Made by a program: the position numbers and the translations under genes. Below the pieces are notes generated by a model, which worked only from the letters and a program-made list of their open reading frames with translations, searched no databases and was not told the origin of the DNA. Shown here piece by piece: positions 29,043 to 39,631 of a DNA stretch of 64,000 bases. Location: positions 206,204-270,203 of the forward strand of contig JBEKDT010000003.1 in the NCBI GenBank assembly GCA_050014195.1, written 5' to 3'. How positions within the stretch are numbered: position 1 is the stretch's first letter; the number at the start of each line of letters is the position of its first letter. The stretch is from Desulfomonilia bacterium (GTDB taxonomy: Bacteria > Desulfobacterota > Desulfomonilia > UBA1062).

Positions 29043-30191
29043 ATGGACTTCGATCTTTCCGAACACCATCTGATACTCAAGGAAACCATCCGGCGGTTTG
29101 CCGCACAGGAAATTGCTCCAAGGGCCGCAACCATGGACCGAGACGAGACCTTTGATGAACATCTCTGGGAAAAGGGCAGGGAACTGGGGTTTGTCGGAAT
29201 GGGCATAAGCCAGGAGTATGGGGGCAGTTTCATTGATTTTCTATCGCTCGGCATCATGGCAGAAGAGGTGAGCAAGGTCGATCCGGGTGTTGCCGTTGTC
29301 TTCGGTGCCCATTCGGTCCTGTGCGGCAATAATATCGAGCGCAACGGCACGGATGAACAGAAGAATAAATACCTCCCGCTGCTTGCATCGGGCAAGATGA
29401 GGGGTTGCATGGGTATTACAGAGCCGGGCGCAGGTTCTGATGCGCTGTCCATACGCACCAGGGCGCGTAAAGTTGGCAAAGAATATGTGATCACCGGCAG
29501 CAAGATGTTCATATCGAACGCCCCATTTGCGGATGTGGCCCTCATCTATGCCACCACCGACCCTTCTCAGGGACCCAAGGGGCTCAGTGCCTTTATCGTT
29601 GAAGAGACATTCCCCGGCTATACGAGGGGCAAGAAATTGTCCAAGATGGGGCTCCGCTCATCTCCCACAGGCGAGATCATTCTGGAAGATTGCCGTGTGC
29701 CGGAGGAAAATCTCTTAGGCGGGATTGAGGGTACGGGTCTTTCCGTCATGTTTTCAGGGCTTGACGTAGAACGTATCCTTTGGAGTGCTCAGGCCATCGG
29801 CATCGCACAGGCGGCCTTTGACGCTGCGCTCAAGTATGCAAAGGAACGGCAGCAGTTCTCACAGCCCATCATCACCTTCCAGATGATCCAGGACAAGCTC
29901 GCAAGCATGCTCGTAGAGATCGAGGCCGCACGCCTGCTTGCATACAAGGGCCTTGCCTGCCTTGACAGCGGAAAGAAACGTCAGACCAGGATGATAGCTG
30001 CACAGGTGAAGCTCTATGCCTGTGAGATGGTGAACAGGATCACCTCGGAAGCCCTGCAGATCCACGGCGGATACGGATACATGAAGGAATTCCCCCTGGA
30101 GCGGTACCTGCGGGACGGAAGGGCCTATGCAATCGGTGCCGGCACGAGTGAGATCCAGAAGCTCATCATCGGGGGTTATCTCATGGCCTGA
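29043..30191 (+). CDS. Acyl-CoA dehydrogenase, isovaleryl-CoA dehydrogenase-like
   Basis: TEPGAGSDA, GLDVER, IHGGYGY, IGAGTSEIQ (IVD-type catalytic Glu position). Confidence 0.9.
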   Translation: MDFDLSEHHLILKETIRRFAAQEIAPRAATMDRDETFDEHLWEKGRELGFVGMGISQEYGGSFIDFLSLGIMAEEVSKVDPGVAVVFGAHSVLCGNNIERNGTDEQKNKYLPLLASGKMRGCMGITEPGAGSDALSIRTRARKVGKEYVITGSKMFISNAPFADVALIYATTDPSQGPKGLSAFIVEETFPGYTRGKKLSKMGLRSSPTGEIILEDCRVPEENLLGGIEGTGLSVMFSGLDVERILWSAQAIGIAQAAFDAALKYAKERQQFSQPIITFQMIQDKLASMLVEIEAARLLAYKGLACLDSGKKRQTRMIAAQVKLYACEMVNRITSEALQIHGGYGYMKEFPLERYLRDGRAYAIGAGTSEIQKLIIGGYLMA

Positions 30192-30340
30192 GGCCGTCGG
30201 GTAACCTTGATAATGGCAGGCCTTAAAAAGGCCCTGTGATTTGCATACAATCATCTGCCTATTATTATTTGATAGATAACTGTTCTGTTGCGCTATCCCA
30301 TGGAGACGAGGGCACGTAAGACACTTGTGTGGAGAAGGCT

Positions 30341-31984
30341 ATGATCAGAGATATCAAGAAGATGGCAGGGACGAACTATGATGTGTTGGTGATCGGCGGA
30401 GGCATCACCGGTGCCTTCATTGCCTGGGACTCTGCTCTGAGGGGGCTGAAGGCGGCCCTCATCGACAAGGGTGATTTCGGGGCAGCCACCTCGGCGGCTA
30501 CGTCAAAACTCATCCATGGAGGCTTGCGCTATCTAAAGACATTTGAAGTAGGCCTGGTGAGGGAATCACTCCAAGAGCGCAGGATCATGGAGATCATCGC
30601 CCCACACCTCGTCTACCCCCTGCCCTTTGTTTTTCCGGGCTATGGCTGGGGTATGCGGGGCATGCCCGCCGCCATTTCCGCCATGGTCTTTTATGACACG
30701 CTCTCCTATGACCGGAAGTGGATCAATGACGATGACAAGAAGATCCCCGGACATGAAAAATTCTCCGCCGACCAGATCCTTGCCATGGAGCCCATCCTTG
30801 ACCCGGCAGAGCTCAAGGGCGGGGTCATCTATTATGACTGCCAGATGTACAGCCCCGAGCGGCTTACTCTGGAGCCCATCCTCTCGGCCGCGGAATACGG
30901 GGCCGATGTCGCCAACTATGTGAAGGCTGAAGACCTCATCATGGATGGGAACCGGATTACAGGAGCGCACGTAGTGGAGCTGTTGACCGGCTCTGAATAC
31001 GACATCAAGGCTTCCATCACGGTGAACGCTGCAGGCCCATGGGCCGACCTCATCCTGGGAAAGATCAGGGGGAGGAAGCACCACGGCCTCATCCGCTCCA
31101 AAGGCATTCACATCATCACAAAACCTCTGCATAAGGATCATGCCCTGGTCCTTCAGACGAAGACCGGCAGGCATTTCTTTATCATACCTTGGAGGGGATT
31201 CAGTCTCATCGGCACAACGGATGACGTCTATAAGGGCCACCCGGATGACTTTAAGGTTACTGAGGCTGATATTACCGATTTCTTAGGCGAGATCAATGCA
31301 ACCGTCCCTGCCGCCAGGCTCACCAGGCAGGATATCGTGTATCAGTATGGGGGGCTGCGTCCCATTGTTGAGAAGGAGACGAGTGTCGAGGTGGAGGTCT
31401 ATGACGCCTCTCGTAAGTACGAGCTCTACGATCATGAACTCGACGAAGGGGTCAAGGGGTTCGTCACCGCCATCGGCGGCAAATACACTACCTCCCGCAA
31501 CATGGCCAAACAGCTTGTTGATATGATCTTCACCAAGCTTGGAAGGGATGCTGTGCCCTGCCAGACCCATACAACGCCCCTCTATGGTGGAGAGATGGGG
31601 AGGTTTGCCAGTTTTGTTGAGCGGGCCAAGATCCTTAGGGCTGGAGATCTCGATGATACTGTTATCGAGAATCTGTGCCGCAACTACGGCAGCCGCTACC
31701 AGAATGTCATTCAACTTGCGGAAAAAAAGAAGTACGTATCCGCTATCTGTGAGTCCTTCCCGGATATCTGGGCCGAGGTAGTCTATGCCATCAGGGCTGA
31801 GATGGCGGTTTCCTTAAGTGACGTGCTCTTCCGCAGGACCGGGCTATGCACGCTCGGCAACCCGGGTACTTCTATCATTGAAGAGGCTGCGGATGTGATG
31901 GCCAAAGAACTCAAGTGGAAGAAGGCCAAGAGAAACCAGGAGATTGATAAGGCCTTGGACGTCTTTACCATCAGAGCTGAGTGA
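30341..31984 (+). CDS. FAD-dependent glycerol-3-phosphate dehydrogenase/oxidase family
   Basis: IGGGITG, SKLIHGGLRYL, NAAGPW, IGTTD, GGKYTT, RRTGL. Confidence 0.88.
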   Translation: MIRDIKKMAGTNYDVLVIGGGITGAFIAWDSALRGLKAALIDKGDFGAATSAATSKLIHGGLRYLKTFEVGLVRESLQERRIMEIIAPHLVYPLPFVFPGYGWGMRGMPAAISAMVFYDTLSYDRKWINDDDKKIPGHEKFSADQILAMEPILDPAELKGGVIYYDCQMYSPERLTLEPILSAAEYGADVANYVKAEDLIMDGNRITGAHVVELLTGSEYDIKASITVNAAGPWADLILGKIRGRKHHGLIRSKGIHIITKPLHKDHALVLQTKTGRHFFIIPWRGFSLIGTTDDVYKGHPDDFKVTEADITDFLGEINATVPAARLTRQDIVYQYGGLRPIVEKETSVEVEVYDASRKYELYDHELDEGVKGFVTAIGGKYTTSRNMAKQLVDMIFTKLGRDAVPCQTHTTPLYGGEMGRFASFVERAKILRAGDLDDTVIENLCRNYGSRYQNVIQLAEKKKYVSAICESFPDIWAEVVYAIRAEMAVSLSDVLFRRTGLCTLGNPGTSIIEEAADVMAKELKWKKAKRNQEIDKALDVFTIRAE

Positions 31985-32007
31985 GCGTGCATGACGTGAA
32001 GCATTGA

Positions 32008-33342
32008 ATGAAAGGCAAGAGGGTCCTCCTCGTCAATCCATGGATCTATGACTTTGCTGCCTATGACCTGTGGGCAAAGCCTCTGGGGCTGCTCTTCATC
32101 GGCGCCCTTTTGAGAAAGAACGGGTGCGGGGTGGACTTTATTGACTGCTTGAAGGCAGACAATGATCTTATTAAGAAACCGGGCGGGCATGGAAGATTTC
32201 CTCGTAAGATCATACCCAAGCCGCCTGCCCTCAAGACAATTCCGAGGAATTACGCAAGGTATGGTATTACACCCGAGGCATTCCTCCATGAGCTTGAGAA
32301 GGTAGCTAGGCCCGATGTAGTAATGGTCACATCCATGATGACCTACTGGTACCCGGGGGTGTTCGAGGCCATAGGGATTATCAAGAGATACCTCCCCGGA
32401 GTCCCTGTAATCCTGGGCGGTGTATATGCGACCTTGTGCACAAGGCATGCCGAGAATTTCTCCGGGGCGGATTATGTTTTGACTCATAAGGGGGAGTTCA
32501 AGGTCCTTAAGCTTTTAGAGGAACTTTTGGGTCATACCCCTGTGTATGTCCCTGACATGAACGATCTGGATATGATGCCCTACCCCTGTTTTGACCTTGT
32601 CCCGGATCTGCGTTATGTATGCATCAGAACTTCCCGAGGATGTCCGTACCGCTGCACCTACTGTGCCTCCCATTATCTGTGCGGATCTCAGCACCTGAGG
32701 GACCCGGTCAGGGTGGCAGATGAAATCGAGTTCTGGAACCGTGAACATGGGGTGCATGATGTTGCCTTTTATGATGATGCCCTGCTTACACCTCTCCCCC
32801 ATGCCCAAGCCCTGCTCCATGAGATCGCATCCAGAAACCTCGGCGTAAGGTTCCATTGCCCCAACGGGCTTCATGCGAGGGAAATCACCCGGGAGACAGC
32901 CATGCTTATGAGGCAGGCAGGGTTTGCCACCATCAGGCTCGGCCTTGAGACGACAGACCCATTGAGGCAGCGCACAAGCGGCGGCAAGGTGACAAACAGA
33001 GAATTCATCCGTGCTATGGAGAGCCTGCACAAGGCAGGGTATGATTCGGAAGAGATCGGGGTTTACATCCTTTGCGGGTTGCCGGGCCAGGAGGCCTCAG
33101 AGGTGATGGATGCGGTACGATTTGTCAAAGAATACGGCGGCAGGCCCAGGCTCTCTGAGTATTCACCCATACCTCATACGCAGCAGTGGGAGGAGGCGAA
33201 GAGAGCGAGCCCGTACCCCATAGAAGAGGAGCCCCTGTTCCAGAACAATACACTGCTACCCTGCAGGTCGGATCGATTCACCTACGAGCAGTACCAGGAT
33301 ATCAAGATATCCCTCAAGGAATTTGATACGAAGGTCTCTTGA
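32008..33342 (+). CDS. Cobalamin-binding-domain radical SAM protein
   Basis: KPLGLL, ILGGVYAT N-terminal B12-type domain; TSRGCPYRCTYC; FYDD; PNGLH. Confidence 0.88.
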   Translation: MKGKRVLLVNPWIYDFAAYDLWAKPLGLLFIGALLRKNGCGVDFIDCLKADNDLIKKPGGHGRFPRKIIPKPPALKTIPRNYARYGITPEAFLHELEKVARPDVVMVTSMMTYWYPGVFEAIGIIKRYLPGVPVILGGVYATLCTRHAENFSGADYVLTHKGEFKVLKLLEELLGHTPVYVPDMNDLDMMPYPCFDLVPDLRYVCIRTSRGCPYRCTYCASHYLCGSQHLRDPVRVADEIEFWNREHGVHDVAFYDDALLTPLPHAQALLHEIASRNLGVRFHCPNGLHAREITRETAMLMRQAGFATIRLGLETTDPLRQRTSGGKVTNREFIRAMESLHKAGYDSEEIGVYILCGLPGQEASEVMDAVRFVKEYGGRPRLSEYSPIPHTQQWEEAKRASPYPIEEEPLFQNNTLLPCRSDRFTYEQYQDIKISLKEFDTKVS

Positions 33343-33347
33343 TATGT

Positions 33348-34289
33348 TCAGGCAGACATTGCCTGGAAACCCTTGATGATGGCAGTGAGCACGTCATTGA
33401 CCGGTGTCGGGATGCCATGCTCCCGACCGTATCTGCAGATGGCCCCATTCAGGGCATCTATCTCGGTGAGCCTGCTGCCCTTGGCCATGTCCTGGAGCAT
33501 GGAGGACCGATGTGTTGCTGTGGGAGGGAGCTGAATCTCTGTCAGGATCTTATAATATGCATCAGCGTTTTCATAGGGCAGCTTCACCCCCTTTGCGAGG
33601 GCAACTCCAAAGATCTCATGGATGATCTGCCGCATGACTTCCATCACTTCGGGGGCTTCCCGCAGGTGGCCGTAAGGCACATTCAATATGGCGCCCAGTG
33701 CATTCAGGGAGCAGTTATAGAGTACTTTTCCCCAGAGGAACGATGCGATATCATCACAGAGTGCACTGGGGATCCCTGCATCATTAAGGTGGTCACAGAC
33801 GAGTTTGATCGGGGCGAGGGGTGCAGTTCCGGATGGCGAGCCTAAGAGCACCTTGTCGGCATATACTGTCACCCGAGCTGTGCCGGGCCTTTCGACCTCG
33901 GCTCCGAAGATGACACGGGCCCCCACGGTCCTTTCCCACCCGACGGCTTGGGCAATGGCCTCCCAGTTTCCCAGCCCGTTCTGGATGGAAAAGACGAGCG
34001 TCCCTTCATGGATGAAGGGAAGTGTCTGAGAGATGACCTGGGCTGTGTGGTATGACTTCACGCTGAGCAGCACGACATCGAAGCTGCCGGACAAACCTTT
34101 CGTTCCATAATATGCCTTTACGCTGTCGAGCCTATGCTCTCCCCAGATGCCGGTAATCGAAAGGCCCTGCTTCTGCAGGGCAAGCAGATGATCGTCCGTA
34201 CCTACAAAGGTCACATCATGGCCGTGTTCTGCGAGCAACCCCCCGAATATACTCCCGAGGGCGCCTGCGCCCATCACCAAGTATTTCAT
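33348..34289 (-). CDS. panE: 2-dehydropantoate 2-reductase family
   Basis: GAGALG, QNGLG, WGK..YN..LN, SSMLQD, TEIDALNG. Confidence 0.88.
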   Translation of the reverse strand: MKYLVMGAGALGSIFGGLLAEHGHDVTFVGTDDHLLALQKQGLSITGIWGEHRLDSVKAYYGTKGLSGSFDVVLLSVKSYHTAQVISQTLPFIHEGTLVFSIQNGLGNWEAIAQAVGWERTVGARVIFGAEVERPGTARVTVYADKVLLGSPSGTAPLAPIKLVCDHLNDAGIPSALCDDIASFLWGKVLYNCSLNALGAILNVPYGHLREAPEVMEVMRQIIHEIFGVALAKGVKLPYENADAYYKILTEIQLPPTATHRSSMLQDMAKGSRLTEIDALNGAICRYGREHGIPTPVNDVLTAIIKGFQAMSA

Positions 34290-34299
34290 TGCAGCCCTC

Positions 34300-35754
34300 T
34301 CATCCGGCCATAGCGAGAATTTGCCCGTGTGCCGGATATTCCATACCAGAGGCGGCCGTGTGCTGCAACCGCCACTTCAGGTATCCATGGATGGAAGCAA
34401 TGGCATCCTGGGGGGTCCGGTAGACCGCAAGTCCGGCATCTCTAAAGATCGAGAACATCCTGATCCGCACCTCCTCGATGTCAAGGATATTTTCCGTAAA
34501 CTGTGAGAGGATGGGGATGACCGGTTTGTCGATCTTCAGCGCCGCCTCGACGATGGCATGGGGACCGCTCTCGATCTGGTCTTTCTGGAATGATGTTATG
34601 AAGTCCAGTGAGAAATAGGGGATAATGGCATCGATGTTCTCATCTTGGGCCATGGCCTCGATGGTATGGGCCATGATGGTGAAATCGAAGCCGTAAAACC
34701 CAAGATCCACGGGGTTCGTGGTGCTGGTGTTCACGTTGCTTATGCGCTCGCTGATACGCCTTTGGACTCCATCTGAGAGCTCCGGAAGCGATAAAGCGGC
34801 CAGAGAGGATATATCGGTGAAGAGCACGGATGTCCCTCCGCCTGCACCCAGGAAGCCGAGTCTGGACCCGGCCGGTGTCCTCTCGGCAATGGCCATCATG
34901 GTGAGGTCCACCATCTGCTCGAAATTAACTGCCTCGATACCGTGATTTTGCCTCATGACAGCGGTCCAAATTTCATGGCTTGCTGCCATGGCCCCTGTGT
35001 GGGAGGCCGCGGCCCTTGCCCCCTGTTCGGTGATCCCGCCCTTGAGGATAACCACAGGCTTTTTTGCAGTAGTCTTTTTCAAGGCCTCAATAAAGCGCCT
35101 GCCGTTCTTGATGTCTTCAATGTAGGCTGCAATCACCCTGACGGTATCATCATCGGCCAGGTACTCCAGATAATCCTCCACCTTCAGGTCGATTTGGTTC
35201 CCGTATGATACCACCTTGTTCAACTCAAGTTTGCGGGAATTGGCCATGCGCATAAAGTTGTGCGTCATGCCGCCTGATTGCCCGAGAAAGGCCACCTTGC
35301 CGATCCCGGTTAAAGGCGATTTGGGGACGTCACAGGTAACGGCGGACCCGGTGCAATGAACCCCGATGCAGTTGGGACCGATGATCCTGGTCCCTCCCTT
35401 GTGTGCTGCTTTAAGCATGGCCTTCTCAAGTTCCACATTTCCGATCTCGGAAAAACCGGAGGTGAAGAAGTGAATGAATTTGATGCCCTTGCGTGCTGCT
35501 GCCTCTACCGTCTCCAATGCTTTGCCGGCAGGTACGCCCACAATAGCTAAATCTACGGGTTCCGGGATATCATCCAGGGTGGGATACACCTTGACCCCAC
35601 TGATCTCTGTATACTTGGGATTTACCGGGTATAGCCTTCCCTTATAGCCTGCCATCTGGAATATTTGGTAGTACGGCATCTTGCCGCCCCCCAGATGGGG
35701 AGATGCACCGACTACCGCGACGCTCTCAGGGGAAAAAAGCCTTTGAAGATCCAT
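34300..35754 (-). CDS. NDP-forming acyl-CoA synthetase alpha-type (CoA-binding) subunit
   Basis: SVAVVGAS, YPVNP, IIGPNC, GQSGG, SYGNQID, ASHTG phospho-His, NPVD; no ATP-grasp domain. Confidence 0.85.
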   Translation of the reverse strand: MDLQRLFSPESVAVVGASPHLGGGKMPYYQIFQMAGYKGRLYPVNPKYTEISGVKVYPTLDDIPEPVDLAIVGVPAGKALETVEAAARKGIKFIHFFTSGFSEIGNVELEKAMLKAAHKGGTRIIGPNCIGVHCTGSAVTCDVPKSPLTGIGKVAFLGQSGGMTHNFMRMANSRKLELNKVVSYGNQIDLKVEDYLEYLADDDTVRVIAAYIEDIKNGRRFIEALKKTTAKKPVVILKGGITEQGARAAASHTGAMAASHEIWTAVMRQNHGIEAVNFEQMVDLTMMAIAERTPAGSRLGFLGAGGGTSVLFTDISSLAALSLPELSDGVQRRISERISNVNTSTTNPVDLGFYGFDFTIMAHTIEAMAQDENIDAIIPYFSLDFITSFQKDQIESGPHAIVEAALKIDKPVIPILSQFTENILDIEEVRIRMFSIFRDAGLAVYRTPQDAIASIHGYLKWRLQHTAASGMEYPAHGQILAMAG

Positions 35755-35920
35755 ATGTACTCCTCTTCTATGTTGCACAGGATGTGTTATGATCATAGCA
35801 TAATACCAAAACAATGATAGGACTACCAGTATTTTGTCTTGTGCATTGAGATAGCGATGAACACACAGGAACGTGAAAAGGGCTTGAATCTTTCTTGGCG
35901 AACCTCTAGATCTTACACCA

Positions 35921-36550
35921 ATGTATCAGAGACCAGTCCATTTTATGACTATTCGCATAACGTTACCCGTCAGGTCCATTTATGCACGGCTTGGCTTCAA
36001 GAAAGGGGTGACCGAACTCAAACCTGCTGAGAAGGAGAAGGTGGACAAGACCATTGAGGAAGCAAAAGATATTGTTCATCTCAAGGGGGCTGCCCACATA
36101 ATTGGTATATTGCAGGTTGATCATGTTGGGATCGAACTCGAAGGCGGGATTATCCTCTCAAGCAGTTCTCTCGCCCGGATGCTTTCAGGATGTACTCAAG
36201 TCCTGCTCATGGGGGCGACTGCAGGGCAGAATATTATGGATGCCATTGCTCAAGCCACATCATCAGACAATCTTACCCGTGCAGTAATGCTCGATGCGGT
36301 TGCCAGTGAGATGACCGATGGAGCACTGGACTGGATTATGGATTATGTAAATCAGGATCTTATGAGGCGGGTGCAACATCTCACAAAAAAGCGATTTTCC
36401 GCCGGGTATGGTGATTTTTACCTGGAGAACCAGAAAGCCATGTATGATCTGCTCCGAATGGGGACCATCGGGGTGTCTATTACGGATAGATGCATCCTCA
36501 TCCCGGAAAAGAGCGTTACCGCCGTAGCTGGAGTGGCTGCACTGAGATAG
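35921..36550 (+). CDS. Stand-alone methionine synthase activation (AdoMet) domain
   Basis: RFSAGYGDF..ENQ, LIPEKSVTA; directly upstream of MetH. Confidence 0.85.
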   Translation: MYQRPVHFMTIRITLPVRSIYARLGFKKGVTELKPAEKEKVDKTIEEAKDIVHLKGAAHIIGILQVDHVGIELEGGIILSSSSLARMLSGCTQVLLMGATAGQNIMDAIAQATSSDNLTRAVMLDAVASEMTDGALDWIMDYVNQDLMRRVQHLTKKRFSAGYGDFYLENQKAMYDLLRMGTIGVSITDRCILIPEKSVTAVAGVAALR

Positions 36551-36580
36551 ATTATGCAGGTTTGCAAGTGAGGTTTTTGC

Positions 36581-39007
36581 GTGAACACAAAACTCAAGAT
36601 TCAAAAGAAGATGCGGGAAGGGCTGGTCATTCTGGATGGGGCTACCGGCACTCAGCTTCAGGCGTTGGGCATGCCCGATGGGGAGTCGCCGGAGATATTC
36701 GGCATCAAAAACCCGGATGCCATCAAGGCCGTGCATCAGGGTTACCTGGAAGCCGGCTCGGATATTATCTATACCTGCACCTTTGGTGCGAACCGGTACA
36801 AGCTCCCACAGTATGGTCTCACCGATGTTCATGAAGTGAACAAAAGACTTGCTGCCATCGCCAAGGAAGCGGCCGGAAAAAGGGCGCTCGTGGCAGGAGA
36901 TATCGGCCCTACGGGCCGATTTGTAGAGCCATTCGGGGACTTAAGTTTTGAGGATGCCGTTGTCTGCTACAAGGAGCAGGTACAAGGGCTTCTGGAGGGC
37001 GGCGTTGATCTCTTTGTGATCGAGACCATGATCGACATCCAGGAGACCAGGGCAGCGCTGATTGCCATAAAGGAGGTCTCGGACCGGTTCACCATCTGTT
37101 CCATGACCTTTGATGCCTCCGGCAGGACGCTGAACGGTACGGATCTTTTATCAGCGCTTATCACATTACAGGCCCTCGGAGCGGACGTGGTAGGGTGCAA
37201 CTGTTCGGCAGGGCCGAAAGAGATGATCTCGCTGATCAGACAGATGAAACCCTATGCAAAGGTACCACTCGTTGCAAAACCTAACGCAGGGCTACCCAAA
37301 CTTAAAGAGGGAAAGGCGTTTTTTGAAATGGGTGCAGAAGAATTTTCCAGCTTCGGACCTGCATTCGTGGATGCCGGCGCCAGACTGCTCGGTGGTTGCT
37401 GCGGTACGACTCCGGAGCATATCAGGATGCTTCGAAAGAATTGTGACGGTCTGAAGCCGCAACCACCTCAGGTAAAATCCATAGGCGCAGTAAGTTCGCA
37501 TGCAAAGACGGTAATGTTTGAAAGAGGCGGTCCGCTCATCATCATCGGCGAGCGTATAAACCCGACAGGGAAGAAGGATCTCCAACAGGAACTCCTGCAG
37601 AGGAAGTTTTCTCTTGCGGGTTCATATGCCAGGGACCAGGTAAAAAAGGGTGCATCCATCCTTGATATAAATGTCGGCATGCCGGGACTCGATGAAAAGG
37701 GCGCTTTGAGGGAGGTTGTGAAGCAGATTGCACTGACCACCGATGCCCCCTTGTGCATCGATACATCGCGTGTCGATGCCCTTGAGGCCGCACTGAGAGT
37801 TTATCCGGGACGCGCGCTGATCAATTCCATTTCAGGAGAGGAGAACACCCTTGATGAACGGTTGAAGCTTGCTGCATTCTATGGGGCCATGTTCATCCTC
37901 CTGCCCATCGCCGGCAGGGCGGTGCCGAAGACATCATTTGAGCGCAGAAAGATCATCAAGGACGTCTATGCCAAGGCTCTCCGGTATGGATTCACGAAAG
38001 ATGATATCATCGTGGACGCACTTACCATGGCTGTATCCGCCGATGGTGGGGCTGCCCTGGAGACACTCAAGACGATTGACTGGTGCAACACTACATTCGG
38101 CTCAAAGACCGTTGTGGGACTCTCGAATGTTTCCTTCGGTCTGCCTGAGAGGAAATGGGTAAATGCATCGTTCCTGGCTATGGCGATCAGTGACGGCCTG
38201 ACGTGCGCCATAGCGAATCCGGAAAGTATCGAGCTCATGAGCATCAAAAAGGCCTCAGATGTACTTGCAGGCAGGGACAAGGATGCATCTGCCTTTATCA
38301 GCTTTTTCAGCGGCCCCAAAGGGCAGGTGCCGGGTCCTGAGAAAGAAGTGCGGGATAAAACCTCCAAAGAAAGAATCTACCAGGCAGTTATTGAAGGGGA
38401 TAGGGATGGGATTCAGACCCCTATTGATAAAGCTATTGCTGAAGGGTTGAGCGCCCGAGCTCTGGTGGATGAGCTCATGGTCCCTGCCATCCGGAAGGTC
38501 GGGGAGCTCTACGAGAAAAAGACTTACTTTCTGCCTCAGCTCATCGCCAGCGCCGAAACCATGAAGCGCGGCTTCGAGCACCTGGCGCCCCGTCTCAATG
38601 AGGAAGGGATATCTTCTGCCGGAAAAGGAACGGTCATGCTTGCAACAGTCAAGGGTGACATCCACGATATCGGGAAGAATATCGTTGGGTTGATGCTGAA
38701 AAACAATGGGTTTCATGTGATCGACCTAGGCAAGGATGTGGATCATGAGGCATTACTTGAAGCCGCAAGGAAACATAATCCCGACATTATCGGCCTTTCG
38801 GCCCTCATGACCACCACTATGGTAAATATGCAGGAGGCCGTGCGAAGCATAAAGGATTCCGGGCTGGTTTGCGACTTCCTTGTAGGAGGTGCCGTGGTGA
38901 CAGCAGACTATGCTGAATCCATAGGTGCCAATTTCGCCAAAGACGGTGTTGAAGCGGTCCGGGTTGCAGAATATTTAATCAGCTTGAAGCGGAATACGAA
39001 CATTTGA
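36581..39007 (+). CDS. metH: Cobalamin-dependent methionine synthase (Hcy, pterin, cap and B12 domains)
   Basis: LDGATGT, GCNC, GGCCGT, IGERINPTG, GLSNVSFG, GDIHDIGKN, SALMTTT. Confidence 0.93.
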   Translation: MNTKLKIQKKMREGLVILDGATGTQLQALGMPDGESPEIFGIKNPDAIKAVHQGYLEAGSDIIYTCTFGANRYKLPQYGLTDVHEVNKRLAAIAKEAAGKRALVAGDIGPTGRFVEPFGDLSFEDAVVCYKEQVQGLLEGGVDLFVIETMIDIQETRAALIAIKEVSDRFTICSMTFDASGRTLNGTDLLSALITLQALGADVVGCNCSAGPKEMISLIRQMKPYAKVPLVAKPNAGLPKLKEGKAFFEMGAEEFSSFGPAFVDAGARLLGGCCGTTPEHIRMLRKNCDGLKPQPPQVKSIGAVSSHAKTVMFERGGPLIIIGERINPTGKKDLQQELLQRKFSLAGSYARDQVKKGASILDINVGMPGLDEKGALREVVKQIALTTDAPLCIDTSRVDALEAALRVYPGRALINSISGEENTLDERLKLAAFYGAMFILLPIAGRAVPKTSFERRKIIKDVYAKALRYGFTKDDIIVDALTMAVSADGGAALETLKTIDWCNTTFGSKTVVGLSNVSFGLPERKWVNASFLAMAISDGLTCAIANPESIELMSIKKASDVLAGRDKDASAFISFFSGPKGQVPGPEKEVRDKTSKERIYQAVIEGDRDGIQTPIDKAIAEGLSARALVDELMVPAIRKVGELYEKKTYFLPQLIASAETMKRGFEHLAPRLNEEGISSAGKGTVMLATVKGDIHDIGKNIVGLMLKNNGFHVIDLGKDVDHEALLEAARKHNPDIIGLSALMTTTMVNMQEAVRSIKDSGLVCDFLVGGAVVTADYAESIGANFAKDGVEAVRVAEYLISLKRNTNI

Positions 39008-39086
39008 ATACATTTTAGTAGGTTTAATGGTCTGACTGCGCGGTTTTGTTGATTGAAGCGATTGATCGAAGACCATAGCCGATGTC

Positions 39087-39614
39087 CTACTTTCCCTTCA
39101 GGAGCTCGTCGATCTTATCTTCGGCCGAAGTGCATTGCCAGCACCCGATGTTGCCGTTCTTTGACACTACGACCTTAGTGGGCACACCCCTGACGCCGTA
39201 TGTGCGCGCAACCGTTGCGTCGTTGTCAAGGAGGATAGTGTAAGGCAGAGAATATTTCTCTGCAAAAGAGGCCACCTTTTGAGGGCTCTCCATTACATAA
39301 ATTGATATAAGCTCGAAGTCCTTGCCTTTCATGACGGTATGGAGCTTTTTCAGGTTCGGAATGTCTTTTTTACAGTATGGGCACCATGTGGTAGTGAAGT
39401 CCAGGAGTACCACCTTGCCCCGATAGTCCTTCAATGATCTGACCTTTCCGCTGAGATCCTTCAGGGAGAAGTCGGGAGCCATGGTAACGTCTTGTTTCGT
39501 ACCGATCTTTTGCTCATCCGTGTCGCTGCCTTTTACAACACCTATGTTCATGGAGAGTGCGGCTACAATAAATAGGGCGGATAAGAGAATTGCCAGACAG
39601 ATCTTCTTTTTCAT
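39087..39614 (-). CDS. TlpA-like exported thiol-disulfide reductase
   Basis: N-terminal signal/anchor; APDFSL, WCPYC, GVPT. Confidence 0.88.
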   Translation of the reverse strand: MKKKICLAILLSALFIVAALSMNIGVVKGSDTDEQKIGTKQDVTMAPDFSLKDLSGKVRSLKDYRGKVVLLDFTTTWCPYCKKDIPNLKKLHTVMKGKDFELISIYVMESPQKVASFAEKYSLPYTILLDNDATVARTYGVRGVPTKVVVSKNGNIGCWQCTSAEDKIDELLKGK

Positions 39615-39631
39615 GGTGAGAGGACTCCTTT

